Assembly (NCBI GenBank): GCA_964016885.1
Contig: OZ024741.1
Span: forward strand, 277,202,001 to 277,266,000
Origin: Eledone cirrhosa
Lineage: Eukaryota
DNA length: 64,000 bases
Direction: 5' to 3'
Of the stretch, positions 1-13,821 are shown in pieces. How positions within the stretch are numbered: position 1 is the stretch's first letter; the number at the start of each line of letters is the position of its first letter. Position numbers and translations under genes: made by a program. The notes beneath the pieces are model-generated. The model was not told where the DNA came from. It ran no database searches and saw only the letters and a program-made list of their open reading frames with translations.

Positions 1-3000
1 GAGTTGGATGTGTGAATGTACGCGGCCTGGGGATGCCCTGGAAACAGAGCAAACTCTTAAACAACCTCAGGTCGCACAGTATGAATGTAGTTGCCATTTG
101 CGAATCCAGGATCCACAGCGAGCGACAACTGGCCCCCATCTTCGACGACTTTGAGATCTACGCATCTCTGTCAGCCGGGAGGTGGGGTGGGGTTGCCCGA
201 TCCGGGACACCGCGGCCAGACTTCTTCAAACGTCTTGAGACTTTTCTGGGAACGTCCCGCTCCCTGCTATTAGTGGGGGACTGGAATGGAACCCTAGATG
301 CACGTTGGGACTATGTGGGAGCATGTCCCGATAGAGGGGGGTGTAACAGCCTCAAACAGTTAATCGGCCGATTTGACCTGGCCGATAGATATCGACTAGA
401 TTTTCCGACTGTGCCACTGTGGACGTGGACTAATCGCAGCGGAACATCTAGATCGTACCTAGATAGGGTTCTAGTTAGAAAGAAGGATAGGGACATGTTA
501 AGCTGTCCACAAATGTTCATGGTTGCTTATTCAGATCACAAATTAGTGACCTGCTTAGTCAACCTTGACAAAACCCGTAGACAGGGAACCGGCTACTGGA
601 AGCTGAACTTGTCGTTACCGACATGCAAAGCCTACAGTAGACGGATTAGCACTTTAGTTAAGCAGCACTTGACGGGGGCCATTGTCAACAACAGATGGTG
701 GTACTCTCTCAAGAGGGCAGTTAGATTAGACTCGATAGGTTTTAGTAAAGAATTAGTGTTAGATAGAAATAAGACTGAAAAGGAACTGGTAGATAAAGTA
801 GAAGAGGCACTTAGGAGTGGCAACGTAGCCAGCGTGCTAGCGACGAGAACGGCCTTGGACCAGTTCTTCGACGCAAAGCATGAAGGTTGCGTTGTCAGAA
901 GCAAAATACGTGCTCTGGGAAACGAGGGAGCCAAAGCTGTTAGCTGGGCCCGAGTGACGGAGGCGAAAAGTGGCAACAAGTCCACGATTCGGTCTTTGAA
1001 GGTCCAAGACGCGTCATACGTGAGCGAAGAAAATGTGCGCGGCCTTTCAGCGACACTTTTCTCAACTGTTCGTGCAGGGCGGCGCGCCGAGAGGGGCTAT
1101 GGATTTCGGTTCATACCTCGACAGCCTGCCGCGACTCTCGGACAGCGAGGCGAAGTTCTGAGAAAGGCCGATTTCGGCCGCTGAGATAGGGGACGCGCTG
1201 AGCCAATGCGGCAAACGCAAATCTCCAGGTCTTGACGGTCTACCCTACCAATTTTACGTAGCAATGCCGGACTTGTTCTCCAGTCTCCTGGAAGAGGTCT
1301 ACTGCAACTGGCAGCAGAACGGGAGAATTCCCAGTTCTGTGACCAAGGGCGTAATGATGTTAGTCAGGAAGGACGAGAACAAGGGGGATGACATAGGAAA
1401 CTTCCGGCCCATAACTCTGCTCAACAGAGTTACAGATTTTGGCCAAGGTGTTGGCAAAGAGGCTGGCGCTTGTCGTCGAAAACCTGGTGGGAGAAGCGCA
1501 GACATGCGCAATCCCGACCAGGTCCATACACGACAACCTCCACCTCATGCGATACATCATAGATTGGGTAGGGTGTAAACCCGGCCTCGGTGGGGCCCTG
1601 ATCAACTTGGATAAGTCTAAGACTTTCGATTGGGTTGACCATCGCTACCTGGATGCGGTGCTCGAAGCGGAAGGCTTCGATCCCGTGTTCAGGGGCTGCA
1701 TTGCTGCAATGCACAACAGCAACATCTGCTCAAGGGTCAAGGTGAACGGCTACTTCTCGGAGCCGTCCAATATCACGCGATCCATCCGACAGGGATACCC
1801 TCTCTCCTCCCTTCTGTACGTACTGACTCTCGAGCCACTACTGCAGAAGTTGGAGCTACTGCAGGGCATCCCTTTGGAACCGACGACGTGACAGTAATGT
1901 TGTCGAGCACCTCGCAAATCGGGGAGATCGGCACCTTACTGGAGGAATACGAAAGGTTCACAGGAGCGAAGCTGAACCGAGACAAATCCGTCGGTTTGCA
2001 ACTCGGAACGTGGAGAGGCAAACCGATGCCTTCCGATGACGTCGTCGACGCTGGACGGAAGGACCGGTAAACTGCTCGGGGTCTGATTTGGTCCTGACCT
2101 CCAGGTGGAGAAGAACTGGAACGAGGTGACGGCCAAAGTGTTTGCGCTCACCCAGAAGTGGGCCGAGTGCAAACTATCCTTGAAAGGTCGAGCGGAGGTG
2201 GCAAACACTCTTATAGCGTCCGTCATCTACTACCGCTTGACCGTTGTGCCTTGTCCAGCCAAAACGCTCACCAAAATGGAGCGCGCGCTCTTCCAATTCC
2301 TTTGGAAGAAACGGGCTCCTTTGGTGAGAAGATCCATCTTCTGCCAACACCCTTCAAACGGAGGGCTGGGGATGCCGTGGCTGACGATGCGAAAACACGC
2401 GCTCAGGCTGCGGCAGCTCCACGTATTCCTCACCAGACAACCGGTGTAGGCCCGTTCGTGAGGCGAGCCTTCCAACGACTCGTCTCGCTGACCGAGCTGC
2501 AGTCCTGGGTCAAGCAAAGACCGAGGAAAATGGACGACTGGCACATCGAATGTGCTCAGGCGCTCACAGTCCTCTGGCAAACGAACCCGGCGATCAGTGG
2601 AGACTCCACTTCGACATTCTATAGAGGGTTGGTCCGCAGCAAGTACGACGACACGCTCGGAGAAACTCTAGGCGTAGAGAAGGACGAACTGGCCACTCTG
2701 TTCGGTAGGACCTTCCGCCCGGGACCAATGGACAACTTCCAAAAGTCCCTGGCCTGGCGGTGCTACCGAGGAGCTCTACCAGTTCGAGACAAGCTCTACA
2801 GACGCGGGCGCCCGGGTAGGGACCCTTCGAAAAAGATCTGTCCGAGATGCGTGCACGACGAGGAAATCGTCTCACACGCATTTGTACACTGCCCGGGCGT
2901 TACCGACTTGGGGGCTATGTAGAACGACTATTGTCGCGGGTGGGACCAATCCAGTTGACCACCCAGTCCATTGTCATGATCAAACTGTCACCCTCCTTCA

Positions 3001-3485
3001 AAAACGAGGGAGAGGCGGTTTTCCTATGTGTTATGGCTATGGTGAAAGAGGTTATATGGTGGACGAGGTTAAAAGGGCTGAGGTTAGACACCTTTCTCTC
3101 CGGCGAGCAACTGATTCGTTTTTTCAAATATCATTTTGGAAGAAGAATCAGGATGGAGAGAGAGGTGCTGTACCCCAGCAAGTTTTATAAAAGGTGGGTG
3201 AATGTGGCAAAGATGGCCCGAGTGGTTGGGCCTTCTCTCTATATAAGCCTGTAGGTTGAGGAAAAAGAGGAAGAGAGGAAGGGAGTACTCACTCTTGGTG
3301 TTCCTGGAGATGAGGGTTGTACATTTTTCCGGGGTGTGTACAACCCCTGTGTAACACCTCCCCTTATTGGGGATTTCAATTGTTATTTGTTATTGTATTA
3401 ATAGTTTTATTTTCATATACCTGTATGTAAACTCCCCATTTGTATTTGTCCCCTTCTTTTGTGCCCTTGTGGCTAATAAAGAAAT

Positions 3486-3527
<42 letters not shown>
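1..3527 (+). mobile_element. Tx1/L1-clade non-LTR retrotransposon, decayed ORF2 (AP endonuclease, RT, C-terminal Cys/His finger), 3' UTR and (TCTA)n tail; 5' part lies outside the window
   Basis: Split ORFs 12-3254 carry APE motifs (NVRGL, LLVGDWN, SYLDR, SDH), RT motifs (SPGLDGLP, NFRPITLLN, LDKSKTFDWVDH, IRQGYPLS), GGLGMP and CPRC..EEIVSHAFVHC. Several frameshifts and stops. AATAAA at 3475-3480 is followed by TCTA repeats. Confidence 0.93.
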
Positions 3528-3768
3528 CACTTGCACAACACGCTCCTTGAGTTGAGGGTTGTTCTATCGACGGGGTATTAAACAACCCATTTGTGGCGCC
3601 TCCCCCCTATTGGGGATTTCGATTGTTGAAATTGTTTGTTTTTATATTTTTTACACGACTGTATGTAAAATCCCCGGCATGTCTTTGTATTGTCCCCTTT
3701 CTTGTTGCGCCCTTGTGGCTAATAAAGAAATCTATCTATCTATGTATCTATCTATATCTATCTATCTC
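3528..3768 (+). mobile_element. Second, 5'-truncated 3' UTR copy of a related Tx1-like LINE with its own (TCTA)n tail
   Basis: Shares 'cctcccc..tattggggatttc..ttgtt' and 'gcccttgtggctaataaagaaat..tatctatc' with 3355-3527. Confidence 0.85.
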
Positions 3769-3771
3769 TCC

Positions 3772-4020
3772 AAATCATGCGTTCCATCCGTCAGGGATGC
3801 CCTCTCTCCTCCATTCTGTATGTACTGACTCTCGAGCCGTTACTGCAGAAGTTGGAGCTGTTGCAAGACATCCCGATCGAACAAGGACTGCGGAAAGCAA
3901 CGTCGGCCTATGCTGACGACATAACCGTAATGGTGTCGAAAACCTCGGAAATCAGGATAATTGGCAACCTAATACAGGAATACGAAACCTTTGACAGGAG
4001 CAAAACTAAACCCAAACAAG

Positions 4021-4022
<2 letters not shown>
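3772..4022 (+). pseudogene. Isolated RT-core fragment of a related Tx1-like LINE
   Basis: Translates RSIRQGCPLSSILYVLTLEPLLQKL...SAYADDITV, homologous to 1775-1985. Confidence 0.88.
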
Positions 4023-4233
<211 letters not shown>

Positions 4234-4856
4234 ATTTAGGTACGCGTGTATCTTTGGCTGCTATTTCAGATATTTCTGAATCCCTCCCAGATCATTAGCC
4301 TTTTTCATGTTGTTTTGTAATGGTATACCATGTCTTTCCCGTTGTTCTATACCACAATTCGACCTCTTCAAATTTGGGGTATTCTTACCCAAATAAAACT
4401 ACACTATGTATGTATGCATATTTATATATACGGGTAGCAAGAGTGTTGTCGTTTTGTTAGTTCCCTTGCTGATTTGTGGTATTGTAATAGGAGTTGTGAG
4501 TAAAGTGTCTCTCAGTGATTCGAGAGAATTGTTGCTATGAAGTCTTGCCATGGTCGCTGAAAGCAGTAGTTGTCTCTTGTTGCTGCGATGCGATATGGCC
4601 TGAGGGAAGACGATTTTCCCCCACTCACATTAATATGAATTTACCGATGAACAAGACACCGCTAATATTTACATGTTTTTGTTGATCACATGATTTACTT
4701 CGAAATCATACGCAATAATAATCAACAACGGAATAGGTACACCATGTATAATTATAATGTTTTGATTGTGTGCGTGAATTCTACTAACTTTCTATTAATG
4801 TTGATAGCCAGGCCAGCCTGCTATCTCGGAGCCAGTAGAGCTGAGTTGGCTAGTGA

Positions 4857-4959
<103 letters not shown>

Positions 4960-5058
4960 GGTGTGTGTGTGTGTGTGTGTGTGAATGTGTGTGTGTGTGA
5001 GAGTGTGTGTGTGTGTGAATGTGTGTGTATGTGTGAGTGTGTGTGTGTGTGAATGTGT

Positions 5059-5101
<43 letters not shown>

Positions 5102-5659
5102 TGTGTGTGTGTGTGAAGCTACGTGACAAATAGTGCGAGGCCGAGAAATAGACGATCTGCCTGTGGTAGAGCTAAGAATCAGACTATCTATCAGTGGCAA
5201 AGCAAAGTATCAGACTCCACATACTAGTCAAAATCATCTCTTGTGCTTATCAGGATTGGGTTGTCCAGAAACATTAAATAGGTGGCCTTTGATAATTTTC
5301 TTTTAAGCAAAACCAGTAAATCTAAATGGCGACATTGTTAGCTGAAACAAAAGAATTGGCGTGTCAGTTAGTCTGATAGGAGTTAAAGGTTAGTATCTAT
5401 TGATAATGCGGCTATTTGAGAACATATGTCCTTAAGGTTTCGCTAACAACAAATACCACGGAAAAATTCGTCTACCTTGCCCGCAGGCGGTTTCTGATAC
5501 ACTTGGCAAAATATGTTGCTAAATGCATCACGCAAATTGCTATATTCAAAATGGTGGTATAGTGAATTTGAAATAGGCGTCAATCTTAGCTTAATGAATG
5601 CTGATTATCTTGAAATATGCAGTTCTAATGCCAAATCTTGAACAAAAAGTAACAACTTA

Positions 5660-5860
5660 TTTTACACCTATAGTACTGTGCCGTCAATACGACGGTAGAC
5701 TCTGGGAGCTTAGAGATATACCCGACAGTTTCGACATAACTGTGGGGTCCAGCGACTCCACACAGGTTACAGACGTAGTGGGAATATACCTCCTGCAGCA
5801 GCTGTCGGGGGAAATTCCCGGGTAGGGGCGGATTGTATAGAGACTATGCTCTTTTGACGT
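5660..5860 (+). pseudogene. Naiad-type PLE RT fragment
   Basis: PDSFDITVGSSDSTQVTDVVGIYLL matches PDNFDITMGSSD*AQVTDLVGIYLL at about 29235-29315. Confidence 0.8.
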
Positions 5861-6027
5861 TCCTCTCCCTCAACCCTAACTAGCTAGAGAGAATGGGGAA
5901 AAGATAGGGAGCTTCCTATCTTTTCCCATCTCCCTCCACTGTTACGTTCTTCCTTCCCATCTCTTCCTTCTACAGGCCAATAATCTTCCTTTTTCGCGAC
6001 GACTTGGGCTCGATTAGACGTACTTCA

Positions 6028-6111
<84 letters not shown>

Positions 6112-6461
6112 ACCTGTCCCAAAATAAACAATATAAGAACCAAAAAATTGTTTCTCCGTTACGAGCCTCATATTCCCCGCAGTAATCTCATTAATTAGTC
6201 GAAACTGTTGGAGGTTGAGATCTGACGAATTTATTTTAATGTTTGTGACTTGTTCGCTTTCATCCATTCTTTTTCCTCCTTCCTTAGAGTCAACTCACAT
6301 CTAGCCGCTGATCTCTGTCCTTCGAGGTAATATTTACCCAACGTCGGTTCGACGGTATTTTTGCTGTTCTAACACCTTCCATACGCCGAGTTTTCCCATT
6401 TTCCTTCACTCCCACACTCATTAACATCATACGCCACACCCCACATCCCAAACACATCCAA

Positions 6462-6666
6462 ATCTCTCTTATATATAGTCACACATCACAACACAACCTG
6501 ATCTCAGTTTGACAATCGCCACCGATGAATGCGATAAAGTTCTCCAAGAAAGTTAACCAGGAATCTTTAAAATTCTTCCCACCGAAGTTAACAAAGAACT
6601 TACTAGATCTACCAATTCATAAGAACCCTAGAGCAAATCCCGAGCAACGCCGGGCCATTCTGCTAG
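6462..6666 (+). mobile_element. Probable short non-autonomous Helitron
   Basis: 3' subterminal hairpin cccgagcaacgccggg followed about 10 nt later by CTAG; candidate 5' TC start at atctctcttatatata. Confidence 0.5.
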
Positions 6667-6809
6667 AAATATAAAATTAAATCAAATTATTTAGAACTAC
6701 AAGTGAAGTCATTCTTTTCCTTTTTTTCAAATATACCCAACTATACCAAGGATCTCACACGTTTTCCAATATATATATACTTATGTATATGTATGTCTGT
6801 GTGGAGATT

Positions 6810-6845
<36 letters not shown>

Positions 6846-7195
6846 CTACCCGCCCAGCCAATGGGATGGCGTCATCGTATGGCTAAAACAGCACGTGCTG
6901 TAACCGAATGGCGCCCGATCGACTGGTCGGTCAAGGTGATCAAGGTGATCACCTTATATATATATATGGAGAGAGAGAGAGAGAGAAAGAGAGGGATCCA
7001 ATCTTAACCGGATGTGGGAATCTGTTGGGATTAGTCTGAATTTCTATACCTAATCTGCACCTAAACTTGTATTGAGTTCTACCTTGATTCCCGAACCATG
7101 AAAGCATCACACCCATATACATATATGTATGTTTGTATGCTTGTATGTGTGTATGCATGTTTATATACATATATGTGTGTATATGTATTTATATA

Positions 7196-9113
7196 TGGAG
7201 GAAGTTATAGTTCACTTGAAGCATTGTGTAACGAGGTATAAACGTTTGTATATGTATAATAAAGCCAAAACAATGCAGGTATGGACATAGAATAAAGAAT
7301 GCAAACGCAATGTGTGGTGTGTGTGTCTCGGTCTCTAGCGTCGGTGCATTTGTTCCGGATACGTGTTAGTTCGTTCCTTATGTATCCGAACTACACTACA
7401 GTCCCCGCTCATCCAGCTGTCGATTTATTGACAGACTGCGTGGTCGCAGAGGACATCCACTGCTACGGCCTCAATCCGACGGACATACGCCAGCTTTTGT
7501 CCTTCACAGTAGACAACACGTACTTCACCTCCACCACCACACATACAGACAGACAACAGGATTACCCATGGGATCCTGCCTATAGGGCCTGCTGGCCATC
7601 ACCTATATGAATCAGCTAGAATGCCGAGCCCTCAACACCTGCCATTTCCATACCATCTTCACCCGATATGTAGATGACATACTCATCCTTACATCATCCC
7701 GTGAGGAGGCGGATAAAATATACACAACATTCTCCAGCATGGACGCCAGAATAAAGTTCAGCATGGAACACCCCGATGACCGCGGATCCCTATCCCTACT
7801 GAACTTCCAACTCAGGGTAACAGAGGAAGGCAACATCCACACCTGCTTCTATAAAAAAGCCGCCAGCAGGGACCTGTTCGTACATTTCAGATCGGCCCTT
7901 CCAGCCGGCGCTAAGTTCGGATACATAAGGAACGAACTAACACGTATCTTGAACAAATGCACCGACGCTAGAGACCGAGACACACCACACATTTCCTAGA
8001 AGTACTCAAACTGAACGGATACACGACATCCACCACAAACTGTGCCAGAAAGAACAGAGGACACCACACCCGAGGCACTAACACTTGCTTCCTGAAGCTC
8101 CCACACTTCAGTGACGAAACGACAACAGCCTTCCGCAGAGCTATCAGACGAGATGGACTATATATCCAACTAGCCCACTCAGGTCCTTCTCTACGCGGAC
8201 AGCTAACCAAAAGACACTCCACCAGACATGACAACCGCTGCAGGCTAGCCAACTGCCCCATCAACGACACAGACCTATGCCACCAGGCTTACGTCGTATA
8301 CAGACTAGAGTGCGACAAATGCAGCAACTTCTACGTAGGTAGCACCACCAGACCACTCCACATAAGAATAAAAGAACACCTCAATACTAACGCTTCCTCA
8401 TTTAAGAAACACCTAGTTAAATACAAAAACACCGACAAAACCATAACAGTTAGGATAGAAACTAAGGAAAGAAACCTCGGCAATATTAGAATTAAGGAAG
8501 CACTAATTATAGACAAATCACAACCACCAATCAATAATAGACTAGAACTCAACACCCAATTTATAACTTGATAGAGCATCTAGCCCCCCCCCCCTCCCAC
8601 ACACACGCACGCACTCACACATACACACACACGCTTACACCTCCACTTATTCTCTCTCACATACACACATACACACACAAAGACCAGTTCTAACACGAGA
8701 TAACATCTATCCCCACATTTACGTATAGACATATCTTTTCACACTCACACACACACACACATACTTACGCCTTCACGCATTATCCCACACACTTAAACAG
8801 GCATGTACAAAAAAAACCTTTTAAAGGGAGACTACTCTACTCTTTATCCACCTAACCTTAACTCTTTGATATTAGAGATAGAACAGATACTCTATACCAT
8901 TTCCTGTCAGCATGACTTGGCAAGCTATTTAGAACGCTGGTTTAACCGCTTTACTTCCCTCCGAAGAAGAGATATTATCTCGAAAATTAAGGACATTTAA
9001 ATAAATCTAAGGTAAAAGACTAATTGTCAACAATATCTTTTGCATTTGCATTCTTTATTCTATGTCCATACCTGCATTGTTTTGGTTTTATTATACAACG
9101 TCTATATACAAAC

Positions 9114-9116
<3 letters not shown>
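7196..9116 (+). mobile_element. 5'-truncated Penelope-like element (RT + GIY-YIG; clade uncertain, possibly Nematis-like) with inverted terminal segments
   Basis: GLPMGS-like motif across a frameshift, FTRYVDDILIL, LSLLNFQL, then CPINDTDLCHQAYVVYRLECDKCSNFYVGSTTRPLHIRIKEH to a stop near 8570. 7240-7307 is the reverse complement of about 9045-9115. Confidence 0.9.
8958..8992 (+). ncRNA. Minimal type I hammerhead motif (U4C core variant) in the PLE 3' terminus
   Basis: cct CCGAAGA a gagat att atctc GAAA at TA agg; stem I is only 3 bp. Confidence 0.6.
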
Positions 9117-9181
<65 letters not shown>

Positions 9182-9316
9182 CTAGGGAAGTGGCTGCTAT
9201 TTGCAGTATAGCAATATAAGGTTGTACTTACCAATGAAACGGTCGTAAATACCTGGATAAAATCCTTTTCTTAATGCTTACCTGTGTTTTCTCTTTTATA
9301 CTATATAAATATATAC

Positions 9317-9397
<81 letters not shown>

Positions 9398-9502
9398 TAT
9401 ATTAGAATTGGATCCATATATATATATATATATATATATGATGTATATATGTATATATATATACATACACACACACACACACATATATATATACATATAT
9501 AT

Positions 9503-9635
9503 AACGAAGGAAGTGTGGTAAGGAACCAGTTGGACCATAACGCACCAGAGTACTCAATACTTACGGTAGTAGAGTGTGTAATAGGCAAATGTTTAACGTC
9601 GACGGCAGAGCTCAAGCCGTTTCGACGGCTATTTC

Positions 9636-9636
<1 letters not shown>
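9503..9636 (-). mobile_element. PLE-type terminal fragment, same family as 32893-33080 and 57410-57460
   Basis: Shares gacggc.gagctcaagccgtttcgacggcta and gagtactcaatactta with the 32.9 kb element. Confidence 0.7.
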
Positions 9637-9708
<72 letters not shown>

Positions 9709-10207
9709 GCATATACACACACACGCACACATATATATAATATATATGTGTGTGCGTGCGCATATATCTTTCATCTCCTACCCTGGTTGTTCGTGAGACC
9801 TCCCACTTAACCCCTCCTTCCACCACACTACGTGTCTCATAACCTTCCACCCACTGGATGTCTCCTGTTTGTTATTAACGCAAGCGACATCAGTTTTACA
9901 TTCCGATATACAGGAGGAGAAAGAACTACAGAGACGGAGACAGAGAAAGAGACAGAGAGGGAGAGAGAGAAAAGGGAGAGAAGGATGCCGAGAGAAAGAG
10001 AGAAACAGGTAGAGAGAGGGGTGAGAAGGATTTACAGAGAGAGAGGGAGAGAGGAGGCAAAAGAAGATGAGTTTGGATATAAATAAAAAAAACATGTAAA
10101 AGTGGATAAGGTTAGTGTGTTAGTGATTATGTGAACATTAGAGAGAGGGGAATTGGGAGGTGGAAACAACAAATAACATGACACTGTTGCATTCTATTTG
10201 ACTAGTG

Positions 10208-10298
10208 ATGGGCGGTGACGGAGAGTGGCGGTCGGTGTCGGAGAGAGACGGGCGGTGACGGAGAGTGGCGGTCGGTGTCGGAGAGAGACGGCGGTGAT
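10208..10298. repeat. 40 bp tandem repeat, about 2.3 copies
   Basis: gggcggtgacggagagtggcggtcggtgtcggagagagac repeated. Confidence 0.85.
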
Positions 10299-10401
10299 AG
10301 AGAATGCCGGAAAAGACTAATGAGCACACATACAACATATATAGCAACATCTTCTATCGTACCATCGCCCACTAACACAAATACACGCACACTCACACAC
10401 A

Positions 10402-10514
<113 letters not shown>

Positions 10515-10623
10515 CATATATAATTTTAGTATGGCTAAGTGGTAAAGCTCGACCCATAACAAATGGATATTTAAACTCTACATATGTATTAAGTACTCTT
10601 TCTCACTCCCGTAAATAATACAC

Positions 10624-10675
<52 letters not shown>

Positions 10676-10767
10676 CCAAAGATTAATATGGTTAGTTGAT
10701 TACTCAATGAATACGGTTTTACAATAGATTAAAAGCACTCAACAAAGAGTTTTCCTCGAGTTTTTAA

Positions 10768-11140
10768 TATTATTCAAAATATTAAAAAATGAAAGATATT
10801 CACATAATCAAAATATATGCTTTATTATATATATTTCAAAGGTACTGTGTTTTCTTTTTTTTTCAGTACGTCTTCATCAGATAAAATATATGATTTGATA
10901 TATGACATACCGCTACGGTCTTGATTATACAATTCCAGTATTGGCAGTACCGGAATTGTATAATCAAGACCGTAGCGGTATGTCATATATCAAATCATAT
11001 ATTTTATCTGATGAAGACGTACTGAAAAAAAAAAACACAGTACCTTTGAAATATATATAATATATATATTGAAATATATATAATAAAGCATATATTTTGA
11101 TTATGTGAATATCTTTCATTCGTTAATATTTTGAATAATA
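10768..11140. mobile_element. Fold-back (palindromic) PLE-type terminus with a hammerhead motif on each arm
   Basis: Arms of about 170 bp around a loop at about 10937-10951. Minus strand 10821-10885 reads tttat CTGATGA agacgtactg..cagtaccttt GAAA tatata TA ataaa; plus-strand copy starts at 11003. Confidence 0.85.
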
Positions 11141-11259
11141 TATATATATATATATATACATACATATATCTAAACTATAATAAAGGAAGGTATGCGGGAT
11201 TGCGTACGGTTTATTTTTTTTTATCCCGTTTGTAAAATAAGTTGGATTACTTTGAATAA

Positions 11260-11441
11260 ATAATTGTTTCTACTTTAGGCACAAGGCCAGCAATTACCCA
11301 GTGCATTACTGGTACTTTATTTTATCGACCCCGTAAGGATGAAAGGCAAAGTCAACCTTGGCGGGATTTGAACTCAGATCGTAAAAGGACGTAACTATGC
11401 TGGAAAGCATGGCGTCCGACCCTCTACCGATACTGCCAATC
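11260..11441 (-). mobile_element. tRNA-derived SINE (about 185 bp family)
   Basis: A-box-like tggcagtatcggtag, B box gagttcaaatccc, central ctttgcctttcatccttacggggtcgataaaataaagtaccag, tail aacaattat. Confidence 0.9.
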
Positions 11442-11965
11442 TAGAATGAATATTACTACATTTCGTAAACAAAAATAATTTCGTAAAAATAAATAATTTC
11501 AAATTGACTTCTTTTCAAAGTTGCACTTCCGGTACATCGTCGCCACCACCCCCATTTCAACTACAATATATATATAGAAAGAGTGAGTTTGTGATTAGAG
11601 AGATAGAGAGATTATGATTTTCTACACCTAACGCGTATGATTGTGCACATACATACATCTATATGTATGAGTATATAACTATTATGAGTATATAAGTATA
11701 ATCGCGCTAACACAAACTTATAAAAATACACTCTCACAGACATAATTCACACAAATATACATACATTCACACATACTTTCACACAAACATACATACTTTC
11801 ACACAAATATACGTACATTCACACATAATAATATATGTAGAAATAAACACAGTAAATTCCGTGTCTAAAATTACGAGGGTAGAAAATGCCACAAATGTTT
11901 TATATATTTAATCTGAAACATACAGTAGGATATAATTATATACAGACCGTATCAATAACCATTTC

Positions 11966-12054
11966 ATCTCTCGGACAGATTAGAGATTTAATCTGTTTCG
12001 CCCTGAAAATTGTGTTTGTAACAGATAATCCGTAGGCTTTCCTCAACGAGAGAT
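11966..12054 (-). ncRNA. Type I hammerhead motif with full stem III and an atypical core (UUGAGGAAA)
   Basis: Reverse complement: atctctcg TTGAGGAAA gcc..ggc GAAA cagatta aatctc taatctg TC cgagagat. Confidence 0.7.
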
Positions 12055-12291
12055 TAGATCAAATGAAACAAAACACATCTAACAGCAACTCAAAGAGTAA
12101 ATAATACACCTCGTGGGTTGCACGCTATACGCGGTATGAGTGGTTATGCTAGAAATAATAGCCTTATTACACTCAACTTATAAGTTCACCTAGTTAGGGA
12201 GCCGAAATACAAATAAAATACAGAGTTATTAACTCATATTCATACCCTGCAATTAACAAGCTCAAAGTATAAATACTGAGCATTATATAAG

Positions 12292-12818
12292 TGCGGTGAA
12301 TTGGCAGTATCGGTAGAGGGTTGGACGCCATGTTTTCTAGCATAGTTACCTCCCTTTACAGTTTGAGTTCAAATCCCGCCGAGGTTAACTTTGCCTTTCA
12401 TCCTTACGGGGTCGATAAAATAAAGTACCAGTAATGTACTGGGTAATTGCTGGCCTTGTGCCTAAAGTAGAAACAATTATATAATAATATATGTAGAAAT
12501 AAACATAGTAAATTCCGTGTCTAAAATTACGAGGGTAGAGTATGCCACAAATGTTTTATATATTTAATCTGAAACATACAGTAGGATATAATTCTATACA
12601 GACCGTATCAATAACCATTTCATCTCTCGGACAGATTGGCAGTATCGGTAGAGGGTCGGACGCCATGCTTTGGCGTATAGAGTTACGGCCCTTGCCATTC
12701 TGAGTTCAAATCCCGCCGAGGTTAACTTTGCCTTTCATCCTTACGGGGTCGATAAAATAAAGTACCAGTCATGCACTGAGTATTTGTTGGTCTTGTGCAA
12801 AAAGTAGAAACAATTATT
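12292..12818 (+). mobile_element. Two SINE copies (12292-12480, 12634-12818) flanking a 155 bp direct copy of 11825-11981
   Basis: SINE consensus match; ataataatatatgtagaaataaa...ctcggacagatt occurs twice. Confidence 0.88.
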
Positions 12819-13709
12819 TTGAAACCACTAACTATTCACATAACCAGTTTCATCTGGGATGATATCGACTTCCTGTCCCATCTTCCCAAAACGACGGAAA
12901 CGAATTCACTTCTACTTAGTTTTGATGTGGTAAGCCTTTACACCAACATTACACATGATTTAGGAATAAAGGCGGTTAAATACTGGGTGGAAAAACATAG
13001 AGAAGTGATTCCCACCAGATTCACAGCGCCGTTTATATTAGACGCAGTCAAACTTATTCTGGAAAACAACACTTTCTTCTTCAATGGAAAGAATTACATC
13101 CAAATTAGAGGCACAGCGATGGGAACGAAGTTTGCTCCCGTTTACGCGAACTCTGTAATGGGATACTTAGAACAACAACTCTACCAAGAAATAGAGGTAA
13201 AATATAGTACTGACTTTAGAAAATACATTGAAAAATCTTGGAAGAGATACCTTGACGACTGTTTCATCATCTGGACAGAATCTCTAGATACTCTGGATGA
13301 GTTCAATATCCTCCTGAATTACCTACACCCATCTCGCCAATTCACAAAAGAGATGAGTAGTACCAAATTACCATTCCTAGATATAATGGTAATCAAAAAC
13401 GACACCACCATTGCACGGATATATATTATAAACACACAGACACCCATCAATATCTGAATTTTGAGTGGTGCCATCCACCTCATACAAAACGCAACATCCC
13501 ATACTGCCTAGCCAGAAGAATTTGTACCATTGTAGAAGATACGAATACCAGGAAAAAACGCCTAACAGAACTAAGAGAATTTTGCTCAAACAAAAATACC
13601 CATCTCTACTTATAGAAAATGGCATACAGCGGGCTATAAAAATACCTATACAACAACTTCGGACAACCCAAGGAAGAAGAAACCAAGAACTGGTCATACC
13701 ATTAATAAT

Positions 13710-13821
13710 TGTTTCTACTTTAGGCACAAGGCCAGCAATTACCCAGTGCATTACTGGTACTTTATTTTATCGACCCCGTAAGGATGAAAGGCAAAGTCAA
13801 CCTCGGCGGGATTTGAACTCA
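13710..13821 (-). mobile_element. 5'-truncated SINE inserted in the PLE ORF with a 17 bp target-site duplication
   Basis: gtcataccattaataat at 13693-13709 and 13822-13838. Confidence 0.9.
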
